Positions 27,027-39,073 of a stretch of DNA of 64,000 nucleotides are shown here, one piece after another; position 1 is the stretch's first letter; each line of letters begins with the position of its first letter. The notes below the pieces were generated by a model. That model was not told where the DNA came from, did not search any database, and saw only the letters and a list, made by a program, of their open reading frames with translations. The stretch comes from Antedon mediterranea. Its lineage: Eukaryota > Animalia > Echinodermata. The translations under genes and the position numbers were made by a program. The stretch spans positions 30,678,388-30,742,387 of the forward strand of contig NC_092670.1 in the NCBI RefSeq assembly GCF_964355755.1. The letters run 5' to 3'.

Positions 27027-27684
27027 CCTGGTTATTTATTGGCGGGAATTACTTAATTTGCTAGCTGTACGATAGTAAATTAACCACCAGGTATTTTTAA
27101 AGAGAGAAATATGGTGTTAATTATCGAAATATTTATTTATATAAGTGGTGCAATTATGATAATGGTTTTTGATTAAATTTATAATAAGATTGTCTTACTA
27201 ATGCTACTCTAATAATAAAAACAATTTAGCAATTATTTAGTGCTAATATTATGAGACATGTTCGTTTGCAATACAATAGGTGACTGCATATAATGCTATA
27301 AACAAAATAGGTAATTGCGCGTATAGGCGTGTCTCTTTATTCTTTTATTAGTTATCATTTGATAACAATTAGGTCACTAGATTAATTACTTTCAAGAAAT
27401 AGTTTAGAGGTGTAAAATGAGTTTACTCGGGTAAATTACCACCACAACTCCCTGCTACCATGAATATTGACAACAATTGTATAACGGGTAACATATTTAT
27501 GACCTACTCTATTTTGAGTATCAAAGTGAACCAATCAGTAGGTATTTGGGTCACATATTATATACAGTTGTTATCAAAACACGAATTTCCTCAAATGTAT
27601 TCTATATCGAGAGAGGGCGCCAGTCCAATATTATTTTACTTGGTCTTAAAATGTCGCCTATATTTCCTTATCTTGTATTTTGTC

Positions 27685-28022
27685 CATGTCTGGAGCTGTA
27701 TCTTATAGCTAAATGTCTAATCCATAACACGTTGAACGTTTAGTCCACATCATGTCTGGAGCTGTATCTTATAGCTAAATGTCTAATCCATAACACGTTG
27801 AACGTTTAGTCCACATCATGTCTGGAGCTGTATCTTATAGCTAAATGTCTAATCCATAACACGTTGAACGTTTAGTCCACATCATGTCTGAAGCTGCATT
27901 GTACAGCTGAATGTCTAGTCCACACCATTTCTGGAGTTGTATTTTACAGGTAAATGTCTAGTCCACACCATGTCTGAAATTGCACCTTACAGCTGAATGT
28001 CTAGTCCACATTATGTATGGAG
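27685..28022 (+). repeat. Compound minisatellite: 3 x 66 bp (identical) followed by 3 x 43 bp (diverged)
   Basis: Unit starts at 27685, 27751, 27817, 27883, 27926, 27969 and 28012. Confidence 0.93.
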
Positions 28023-28775
28023 TACACGAATGTACATATTATATAAGGTTGTGAGGTCATATACTTAATACAAATTTGATTTTGATTTTCCTGAAATAAT
28101 TCTTATTTAAGAACATATAAAAATTGCATTAGACATTATTAATAAAAATTATTTTAAAAATGTCATTTCGTCATTTAGAGACAAGTTGCAGCTCTACTCT
28201 ATAACAAGAGAGCGTTTGTATTATATTGTACACACATTTGTAGTATATAATTAGGTAATTCTTGGCAAGTTTTAAAACAGTTTTGCTGGTCACAATTTCG
28301 GAATGTAACGTTGTATTTGTAAATAATAGGAGGTGTTTTGTTATTAGAGATAATTAAGTCATTCCCATTAATTTTAATGTAAACAAGAATATAATAAAGT
28401 AGTATACGGGTATGTTGAAAATCATCAAAGGCTTATTATTAATAAACATGAGTAAGTAATATATATATTGTCTATTATTGGTTTTTGAAAACTACTGATC
28501 GTGATTACACAAAAGTGAAAAAAAAAGCAATTTAAGGAAAGCATTACGCCGGTGGTAGGATAATTGCAGAGGTGATTTTGGTTGCAATCGTTGATTAACC
28601 AAGGCTAGTCTTAGATTATTATATTCCACTTAGTCGTCAAATCATTATCCGTTCTTGAATATCATGAGCAGCAATCAAAGTTAAATTCGGAATAATAAAT
28701 TAGTTTTTTTTAAGTAAAGAAAAATCACAGAATCCATGAATATGTCCTGAATTGTTTTTATTGTTTGGTTATTCA

Positions 28776-29322
28776 ATAGGGAGGTTTCGCAATCTTACGA
28801 ATACGATAACGAAAACGGATACGTCACGCACACTTATTCGTTTTCGTAAGCCAGTAAAAATAGAGAGGTTTCGCAATCTTACGAATACGATAACGAAAAC
28901 GGATACGTCACGCACACGTATTCGTTTTTCGTAAGGCAGTAAAAATCTGTTTCGCATGGCAACGAAATATTGAGGGCGCCATCCAAAATATGACTGCGGT
29001 AAATTTGAGCGAAGCGCTGGTACGTGTTGGTTGGTGCTTGGCTGTCTAGGCCTAGCGTAACATCAAAGCAGCGAGTGAGGACTTTAAAAACTGCTATTTA
29101 TCAAAATTGTCCTGCCATTTTAGTAAATTACTTTAGTAAATTACTTTCAATAAATCTATAATTATATTATAATCATGAATCATTCCTGATTCAAATGCAA
29201 AATGTGCAAAATAGATCAAAAACTATACTCGTTTTGTCGTCAATACGAATACGCTTTACGAATATGAAATGGGGTTCAGCTCAAAGGTTTCACAAATGTG
29301 TGACGTATCCGTCCGTTTTCGG
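28776..29322. mobile_element. MITE-like element with an 84-bp duplicated left end; related termini at 44838-45138
   Basis: GAGGTTTCGCAATCTTACGAATACGATAACG at 28781 and 28865; inverted TGTGACGTATCCGT near 29299; GTTATCGTACTCGTAACGGTGCGAAACCTC near 45103. Confidence 0.65.
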
Positions 29323-29390
29323 ATAAATATAATGGTAGCTAATTGGAGGTGTCTTTAAGTAAAATGATCTTTAATTGAAAGAGTAACAGT

Positions 29391-30999
29391 CAGGGGTGGC
29401 GCCAGGATCTTCCCGACGCGGGGGCTACATTCCCCGACGAGGGGGCTATGCGAGCGAAGCGAGCATCACTAGGCTGGGGGCCAGGGGGCCGCCAAGGGCC
29501 CCCGGAAGCAACGCGTTCTAGCGTCATTTGAGGTCATTTTAATCAGATTTAGGATAGCCATTTTTTCCATTTTTTATAATGCATAAATAAAATACTGCGT
29601 GCAAAAAAACGATGCGCGATGACTGTTTCAATCCATATTTTTCAATTTAAAAAATAAAATTTCAGAGAAAATTTAGAAAAATAGAGTTGGAGGTCCCGGA
29701 AATTGGACTTATTATACTTCAAAACATGAAACAAAATATGTAAGTCCCTATCATGGTTGTGACTGAGCTAAGAAATGTTTGAAAAATAGAGATGTTAGGT
29801 CCCGGAAAATGCACTTCTTGTACTTCGAGATATGACCAGCTTTATTGTTGGGGCTGAGCTAAGAAACTGTTTAAAACTAGAGCTGCAGGTCTTCAAAAAA
29901 TTGCATTTTATACTTTGGAAACATCAGGCCTAGAGGCTTAAAAAACGCAAGCGTTGACCTTTTTCAGTCGGGGAAATAAGTTTATTCCTCCCAAGTGTAT
30001 GCGTGCGTACCATCTGGACTTCCGAGTGGTGAGAAATTCATGACATACAGGACATTGAGAATGTAATAACTTAGCTATAATAAGATGTTGGCTAAGCGAA
30101 AATGGCATGTTTTTTTGTTTAGTAATGGATGAAAAATTTGTTTTAGGTGCCCCACGGTACAGAGAAGGTTACTTGTAAATTAAAAAATTGGTGAACATAC
30201 GGACAATTAACATAATTCGTTTTTGCTGCTGTAGTGTAGCGTACGTCGACGCAGTACACGACGTAACCGTCAGTAAACTTCGCCTGGAAAATAACTACAG
30301 TACACATTTTGGTCCCTGGATGGAACATGATATCACGCGTCTCGACCCAACGTTGAACAATTCGTACAAAGGGATACCGACAGACAAGTGCGAACCTAGC
30401 TATTGTTTAGTAGTAAGTTAGATCGCTGGCAATAATGAATGCATATAAAGTGCATAATATCACTCTGACGTACTCTCACGGTCAATGAAACGTCGCGGTT
30501 TTCTAGGCGCTGAAGCTAGCTACGAAGTGAACGCGAACGCTTTTTACTGTATATTATATTCCCCGACAAAAAGTACCCGTGTTCCCTTCGGTAACCGCCG
30601 GTAAACTTCGCCTGGAAAATAACTACATTACACATTTTGGTCCCTGGATGGAACTTGATATCACGCGTAAGCGTGTCGACCCAACGTTGAACGATTCGTA
30701 CAAAGGGATACCGCCAGACAAGTGCGTACCTAGCTAATGTTTAGTAGTAAGTTAGATCGCTGGCAATAAATGAATGCATAAAAGTGCGTAATAGCCCTCT
30801 GACGTACTCTCACGGTCAATGGAACGTCGTGGTTTTCTAGGCGCTGAAGCTATATGAAGTGAACGCGAACATTTTTTACTGTATATTATATTCCCCGACA
30901 AAAAGTACCCGTGTTCCCCGACGGGGGGGGCTAGGCTCCCCGACGAGGGGGGCTAGAGCCCCCGTAGCCCCACCCCCCCCCCCGCTGGCGCCACCACTG
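29391..30999. mobile_element. Non-autonomous hAT-type DNA transposon, 1609 bp
   Basis: TIRs CAGGGGTGGCGCCAG / CAGTGGTGGCGCCAG (14/15), perfect 8-bp TSD GTAACAGT (29383-29390, 31000-31007), subterminal CCCCGACGAGGGGGCTA motifs, no transposase ORF. Confidence 0.85.
30263..30917 (+). repeat. About 328-bp tandem duplication inside the hAT element
   Basis: Two highly similar copies beginning GTAACCG at 30263 and 30591. Confidence 0.9.
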
Positions 31000-31007
31000 G
31001 TAACAGT

Positions 31008-31465
31008 ACAGTTACCCTACCAATTAATAAAATGGTCGCTAATTGGAGGTATCTATAAGTAAAGTGATATATAAATGGAAGAGGACCAGTACAATTACTT
31101 TTATTTTGTCACATAATTAAAACTATTTATTATTCTTGTCTTTACTCTTTACCAATTATTAAAATGGTCGCTAATTGGATGTGTTTAAGTAAAGTGGTCC
31201 TTTATTGATAGAGGACCAGTACAATTACTTGTTTTTTGTCACATAATTAATAACTATTCTTCTTGATTTATTAATACTTAAAAATATAATGGTCGCTAAT
31301 TGGAGGTCTTTTAGGTAAAGTGATTTTTAATTGGAAGAGGACAACTTCATTTACTTGTTTTTGTCACATAATTAAAAATTATTTATTCTTCTTGTCTTTA
31401 CCCATACCAAATAATATAATGGTCCGTAATGGGAGGTGTTTAGGCAAAGTGATCTTTAATTAGAA
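31008..31465 (+). repeat. About 125-130-bp minisatellite (AATGGTCGCTAATTGGAGG...), one more unit at about 29331 split off by the hAT insertion
   Basis: Units near 29331, 31031, 31163, 31288 and 31418. Confidence 0.8.
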
Positions 31466-32065
31466 AAAAAAACTAGTTGGGCATCATTAAGTATTATTGG
31501 TCGTTAAAAGAAGACAAGTGCATGCGCGATCAAAACCAGGTTGTTACTATTATGACCGCTAATATTTCCCCGTACAGTATTTAATAGTGGATGCATTTCA
31601 ATCCATGGGTCAGACATTATTTAACGGGCCGGACAGCTGGACAGTATCCAATGCTCAAAAGTGTCCGCCTGGACACTTTTGAATGCTGGACACATTTCAA
31701 TCTTACACCGGCAGGGCAAATGACTAAAAAAAACATATTAATTTACTAATTTTTTTCGCGTAATTTTACGTAACTCCTCCAAAACCTCTGAACGGTACGT
31801 GCTCACATTTGGCACACTGTGCTTATTGAGGGGCCGCACACGATAAGGATAAGGATAAAAAAAACCATAACAGTAATTTGACGTGTTTCGTACGTTAGTT
31901 GTTACGTCACGTATCAACTACGCAACCTCCTCTGTTGTATCTGTTGCGCGAAATTAAAACAGTGTTTAGTCTCGACAGGCAGTCAACCATATCTAATGCT
32001 CGCGTCGTTGAAGTTGTAATTAATTACACCTATCCTTTGAACAGAAGCATTTTCGAAAATCACGT

Positions 32066-32132
32066 TTTGGCTCAGTGAGTAAAACGCCGTGGCCATTGGT
32101 ATTAATGCTTACGTTCGAGTTCGAATCCGCGA
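32066..32132 (+). pseudogene. tRNA-like A/B box fragment within a repeat
   Basis: TGGCTCAGTGAG ... GAGTTCGAATCC without a complete cloverleaf. Confidence 0.35.
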
Positions 32133-33216
32133 TATGTGTAAACGTGTAAATAATAAGTATAACTGCTTCAACCTAAAAATCAAAACTAGACCACAATGTA
32201 ATTACAAAAGTAGCAAAAAAAAGATAGCAAACCCCAGCGGCAAAAAATTGCAACAAAAAAAAACCAAAAACATCGAAATAAAAAAACAAATGTAAACGAA
32301 CAAAAAATCAGATATCAACGCAACACACATTCAAAATTTAAAAGTGTTTGTGTCCGAGCGCATTATTTAATTTTGACTTGTGCACTTTTTGTGTTGATTT
32401 TAAGTTTTATTATTTCCAATACTTAATAATCACAATTCAATAACTTAATACATATTTTATCATTACAATGTTTTAATCTGCCGACTGATTGACAGACTTT
32501 AACGTGCATGTCAATCACGTTGTCACTTTCTGATGCGCACACTAGATTAATATTCACAAAGCACAAAGTCTCATATCCAGTATTCATTTATAATTATTAA
32601 TCATCCAATGCGGAATATTTAGGCAGACAAGATCGTGTGGTTAGATTTAATTACAATAGCAAATATGTAACAAATCTCCTCCCACACAAAATACCAAAAT
32701 CATTGAAATAAAAAAAATGTAAATGAATAAAAATGAACACACACAAAACAAATCGATTCCAAATGGTTTGATATATTGTTTAACATGAAAACAACTGAAC
32801 AATTCGTGTTTCCGCAACAATGTGTTTTCATTCGATTTATGTCCACTTTTCTATTTTATTTATATGTCAAATAAATACAAATATAAGAAAGGGAGTTGGA
32901 AGGCTTAGTTGCCATATGCTGAGACCAGAAGTTTTTACATTACTAACTTGAGCACGCGACTGCAGCCATGTATATGGCCTTGTTTAATATTACGTTAAAA
33001 AATAGAAATATTTAGTAAAGATTATTTTATTTTTAATTTAAGATAATTCCATAAATTAGGGCCATTTTAGAATATTGAATTTTTTTTTAATATAAAGATA
33101 GTTTTTCAGACAAGAAATTACATTTCGAAAATCTTATATTATGGTCATGTTTGTTAGACTTTTGATTTGGAAATAAAGAAATAATATGATTAGGTAATGT
33201 GTTATAATATATATAA

Positions 33217-33557
33217 TACGGCCATACTGCGTTGAAACACCGGTTCTCGTCAGATCACCGAAGTTAAGCAACGTTGGGCCCGGTTGCGTTCTGGATGGGA
33301 GACCGTCTAGAAATCGTGGCGGGTGCTGTATATACTGGAGAGTGATGGTGTAATGGTAATATCGGACTAGCATGTGATAGGCATGGGTTCAAGGTTATCT
33401 GTACCATACTAATTGCATCCTTAGGCAAGATGCTTTACTCTCATTGCCTAATATGGTAGGCGCTGAACTGCTGGCTGCCGTGGGTCCGTTGAGGGCCTAA
33501 TCCGAATTTCCTCACTGAGGACAAATATTAATACAAAATACAAAAAAAAAAAAAAAA
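33217..33557 (+). mobile_element. 5S rRNA-headed SINE (SINE3) with tRNA-like segment, CORE/Deu-like motif and poly-A tail
   Basis: 33217-33330 is 5S-like (TACGGCCATAC...CCGAAGTTAAGC...TGGATGGGAGACC...GTGCTGTA) with no T-run terminator; A box 33346, B box 33386; TCCTTAGGCAAGATGCTTTACTCTCATTGCC; A-rich tail. Confidence 0.75.
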
Positions 33558-36359
33558 TAACAAAAAAATCTATAACTTATTGTTTTGTTTAAACCAAAGA
33601 TGTTAAGAGTTTTGAATTTAGGAAATAAGGTTTTTTTATAAGATAGTCCCTGCACAATGGCGCATTTTTGTCGATTACATATAGTGATGATGGATGAATG
33701 TGATAGAAGAGGGTGACTGCAAGCACTGGTGGTTTTTATATAATGGATTAATTAGTTCACAGACGATTTGAATGATTAACTCCAGCATCCACCACCCTTT
33801 TATTTTAAAATAGGTATATATTTAATAATTAAAGGAAATATTTATTTGGGTTAGGATTTGTTTTCGTTTTTATTATTATTCGAGAATAATTGCTTTCACA
33901 AATTTTAAATGTGTAGAAACATTTTATACTTTATATTAATTATGTATGAACAAATTTTTCATATTCTAGTCAAATCAAATTGATATATAAAATTTGAATT
34001 AAATAGTTTCTTTATTCAGTAGGGCACTGTATATTGTACTGTATGTTATTTTTAATGTAAAACCAAATAAATGGTAGATATAAAATATCACGATTGTAGT
34101 ACAACAATAATGATTTTTATTTTATGTTTTTTAAATTGTGTAAGAACTGTTTTCTGTATTATTTGAAAGTACACATTATTATAATTATTTAATAATCAAT
34201 ATATTTTTATAGTAATATTTTTTTGCTGAATGAACATATTTTTTTCCAATATAAAATCCCTAAATCTCCTAAATTAATTAATTGTTTGTGTATTGATAAT
34301 ATATATGACGGTGTAGTGTAATCGATAAATGTACAGCTCAGATACCCAAGACTCCAACAATGATCACATCACAAATCATCTTCAACTATCATTGTTGATG
34401 ATAAATATTCCTTCTTTTTCAGCATTGCATCAGAAATGTCCGTAGACAGTCCGATGCCTGTCCAACGACGTCGACCACCAACACGATACGGACTCATGAA
34501 TGAGCTGAAATTCTCGTTTGGTCCTGGTGTTGACAGAGAGTTACCATCAATCTTCAACAATGTTTAAAATAACCATCCTCGTCATCGTAATAACCCGCTA
34601 ATGCAAGGAATTAAACATGCTAATAAATTCCATCAGGTAAAATAATAAAATACGGTATTATACAATTATTAAGAGCAGAAATAAGCAAGGGCTGGTTGGT
34701 GGAGTGGAGGGAGAGTGGGAATTTCATCATGCAGTGGAGAGGCGAGAACGAGACATCCAGTATAAGTTAAGGATGTGGGAAACCCGGCAAAGAAAAAAGG
34801 AAAGACGTTCACTAAAAGGTGGACGAGTGGTAGCGGGGAAGATGTCACGGGCGAGGGGGTGTCTTAGGAATATCACACAAGGATCATTTAGTTATCAGAC
34901 TCATCAAGTATTTCAACGACTACGAAGAAGACAAATTAACAAATGAACGAAGAAATATATTATTAAACGGATAAACAATAAAGATTGTCCTGTTTTTTTT
35001 CAATTGTTGTGTTTTGTTTTTAATGTTGAATATAATAATATATATATTATTAGTGAGTGGGCCACCAGGGAATGGTCTATCCAGTACAAATTAGTGATGG
35101 ATGGATCCTATGTGGGAGGAGGTGACAGTGAACGCTGTTTTTTTGTCTTTCAATAAATTAGTAATCCTCACGTGCCAATGACAATTTTTATAATTCCTAA
35201 GAAATGAAGATGCATAGTACAATTAATAAAAATGAATTATAATAATGGATTATATTTCATAACACAGCCGATAATTGTAATGATAATTTCCAGTATTATA
35301 TCCCCCGGCTCTTTCCTTGACACCCCCTCCCCCAATGATCATGATACGACTTAACACCGTAAATAAATAACAAAAAAATAAACTGGCGGCGCGGTCGATA
35401 TGAAAATCTATCGTTACGTTTTTGCAGACTTGTCTTATTGTACACATTTTAAAATTACAAGGGATTTTTAAAGAACATAATACCGAGGTATTTCATGTAC
35501 AGTGGTAGATTGCGAAATTGAGTTCCTCCGTAACCAAGGTTAGTCTGCATTTTAACTGTATTTATCATTTAAAGCAAGGCCTTCCAATTTTGTTTTGTGT
35601 GCACATCGGCCGTCATTCAATTCAATTCAATTTATTTTCATAAGATAATATTACAGTGTTTTTTTAAATTAGAATGCACTTATGCTGGAGAAACATAAAT
35701 TAGCACAGAGGGCTTTAAGGCTAGTTCCACCAGAAAAAAAAATAATTCAAAAAGTAATTAATTAATTTGTCCACAGCAGGACTACCGTACTCAGTTAATG
35801 AATGGAATGTTCTACATTAGAGTCTTTGAGTTTCCAAATGTACTTGCTTAATTCGGTGCTGTTTCTTTTACTAGAATTACTATCTAACTTTGAATTGGTT
35901 TTCGGTTAGACCTATATATTTTTCTTCTAGGATACTGCCATTTCTAATTACGGTAGCTTGGTACACACTACGCTTTTAGTGAGACACTTTTCAGGTAAAG
36001 GGAATTCGCTTTTATCACAGCAGTTACATTCGTTTGAATTGCAGCAGTGTCCCAAATGGGTTGTTTTTTTTCTTGGCTAGGAGTGATAATTTGTTGTGTG
36101 CACTGATTATGCTGTTGACATTGCGCACACAACTATAGCTTAATTTGAGTGTGTTCTGTTAAATATCTTGCTAAGAAGCTTGTGCGCGCTCACGAAGGAA
36201 ATATTCATGGATCAAGTGGAGAAACGTATGTAAAATGTTGGTGGATACGTTTCTGGTAAATGAAGGATTCAACCATATAACATTTTTTGTTCGCAATCTT
36301 TTCTTGTTTTGTTGGGGTTCAGGATTGAATAAGTTTCCTCAAAGCCGCTTACCCGTCAG

Positions 36360-36433
36360 CGCCCAAACTGAGATTCGAACCAGAACCTTCTGCTTGATAT
36401 TTATATGTCCTAACCATTAAACCACCGTGGGGC
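36360..36433 (-). pseudogene. tRNA-like sequence (pseudo-tRNA or SINE head)
   Basis: A box TGGTTTAATGG, B box GGTTCGAATCT, GCCC/GGGC ends; anticodon arm unpaired. Confidence 0.5.
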
Positions 36434-37086
36434 TTCGATGGGGTATTGTTGGTTAGCGACTCTTTAACATTCTTTGCGTGGTAGGGGTGAACAGACCTAG
36501 ACCTCTAGTGTCAAAGTGCGAGGATAATATAAGAATTGTAAAAAGTACTGAATATACAGTAATTAGTATTAATAGGCCTATGATGCTCTATATATATTCA
36601 TGGTAAAAAAACAACAACATTTAAATGAAAACACTTTATTTCTCCGACTTGGTAAATTGGTTACGTCGATGACAACACCGCAAATGACAAAAAATTCAAC
36701 TGTGTTATTTAAAATATTCCTTTTATTCAAACAAATCACATAACATGCACATCCCTTATTTAACAACACGTTATCGTCCCGTTTACCATGACAATTATTA
36801 TTTTGGCGAACAAACCAACAAACAACCATAACCATAATACAATGTGGCTGCGCATATTTTTCCCCGAGTAAATTTCCAGCTCGATTGCTTGCAGCAAACC
36901 ATTTTATAATACAAAAATGAGCAGTCCTCGAGTGTCACACGCGAGGAAAATAGTACGAGAATTGTGATATGTACTGCATTATTATTAATAGGCCTATAAT
37001 GCCCTATACCCATGGTAAAAAAGTTAATTTGTAAACATCTAATGTAATACAATATGTTACTGCAAATGCAACTCACTTTAGACAAC

Positions 37087-37136
37087 CAGGGAAGAGTTAA
37101 ATTACATTTTAACTCTTACAATTTAACTCTTCCCTG
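37087..37136. mobile_element. 50-bp TIR scar with 7-bp TSD (P-superfamily-like footprint)
   Basis: Perfect 17-bp IR CAGGGAAGAGTTAAATT, flanked by AGACAAC on both sides. Confidence 0.7.
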
Positions 37137-38914
37137 AGACAACAAACCAAACATGTTGTTTCAAAAAATTCTTCGAACTGTAAAGGTTTAAATACATAGT
37201 GACGTCACAACTTACCAACGTTAAACTACATGACTGTTTAATTGTACTGTACATTAATTGAATGTAACTGACATGCCATTATAGGCCTACATTTATTGCA
37301 CAAGACGAGAGCTTGACACGAAAACATAAATCGAAAATAGAGTTGTGTTTTTGTTTGGGAGCTGCGAGAGGAAAGCAAAATGTACAGATGAATAGTGCAT
37401 AATTGTGAAAACTACATTCTCTGCAGCAGCGTAGGAACTGTATAGGAGGGTCAAAGTTAAACTACTTACGTAATGGTGGGTTAAAAGGACAAACATCGGG
37501 AAACACTTATTTAACATTCTTTAAGTTTAAAACAGCTTCAAATTATTGAAAACAATATTATATATTACCAAATTGAAATAAATATACCTTTAGACGACTG
37601 TGACGTCAATGTGCAACATAAAAGTCATTTTCGCCATTTATTCAAATTGAACCGTATATCATGGTTGTGTTATTTTAATGAACTAAACATTTATTTGACA
37701 GAATAACCGAACTGATGTGTAATTGAACTGAGAGTGTGCGGTTAGATTTGCTTTATTCGCTTCGCTTTTTGATTGCCATAATTACACAAAACATAATTAT
37801 ATAAAAACGATGTCGCCTTTCATTTTGACGTCACAGGCTTTGGACGGTGTTTAAAAAAAAATTAACTCAATTAATAAATTAATGCATTTGCTATGTATTA
37901 ATTTTAGGCAACATGCACATATTTTAACAGAAGAAGCAAACAGAGAACAAAAATAACATGTTAAATAAGTATAGTAATATTGCTTTTTGTTTGTTAATTC
38001 ATTACAAACTTTTTAGTAATTAAAAAAAGGAATGAATATAGTTTCAAACACAAGTTATTTACGTTGTGCAAGATAATATGATGGAGGAAACAATAATACA
38101 GTATAGCAATGCCTGTGAATAACGACAGTAAATGCGCACGTCTAAGTAAGGAATATAGTTTAAACGCGTTTAGTTTAGTCTAAATTGGATTGAGGACGCC
38201 TGACAAATATTATCATTCGCATCCGACCCTCTTGTCATGTGCTCAACTACACAACAAAATACAGAATAAGCTACAAACATATTATGCGTAAAGCCTATAT
38301 ATTCATTCGAGCTTTTGTTATAAAATAAATAAATGGATATTTTCCCATGTTTTATAGCATTTTTTTAAACCCAAGATCATGAATAAATTCCATTCTTAAA
38401 AAAGAATATATAATAGTGTAGCGATGATTATATTTGTGTAAATATTGTATTTTATATTTAAATAAACTCGTTATTGACGATGACGATGTCTTTAATATTG
38501 ATGAATGTCATTACGTGTATGCTTAATAGTACTAATACGAACGTATTATATTATACAACCTCATTGGTAATTGTTTTGTAAATCTACAACGAAAACAAAA
38601 ACCTGTTGAAACCTAATTATAGTAAAACGACATTGATATTTCCATTGCAAAGCGGTACCGAACATTACAATATCTACAATATATACTATAATACATACCA
38701 TTATTATGGTAAGGCATCTGAACTTTATTATTGACAGAAAAATAATTACTGGTTTTAATTATCAAAATAAGAAACAAAACCCTTGCCGAATATCGTATTG
38801 TTAGTTTGTAAATTTGCTTGATATATATTTTAGTAGTTTTATATAAAACAACTTTTGGAGATGTTTTAAGTTTGATTTTCCCTTTTTCTTACTGCCGCCG
38901 CCGTATACTACTAA

Positions 38915-39073
38915 AGCCGATTTTCCACTAGGCGAATTTGTTCGCGCGAATCGAACGCGCCGGCTTGTACGCATGTGTACTCATGTTTACGTCTTCCAAA
39001 TCCTTCTCTACGCATGCGTATTAGCTGACGCCTTCGATTCGCGCGAACAAATTCGCCTAGTGGAAAATCGGCT
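38915..39073. mobile_element. PIF/Harbinger-type MITE, 159 bp
   Basis: Perfect 41-bp TIR AGCCGATTTTCCACTAGGCGAATTTGTTCGCGCGAATCGAA; TAA TSD on both sides. Confidence 0.88.

Noticed and set aside
27685-28022. CRISPR array
   Set aside because: Contiguous tandem units with no unique spacers, no cas genes, eukaryotic context
33217-33330. Functional 5S rRNA gene
   Set aside because: Termini altered, internal substitutions and indels, no oligo-T terminator, continues into a SINE body
34369-34560. 63-aa minus-strand ORF as another GPCR tail exon
   Set aside because: No good acceptor or ATG; it mirrors the better-supported plus-strand frame
36360-36433. Functional tRNA gene
   Set aside because: Anticodon stem does not pair and the acceptor stem has mismatches
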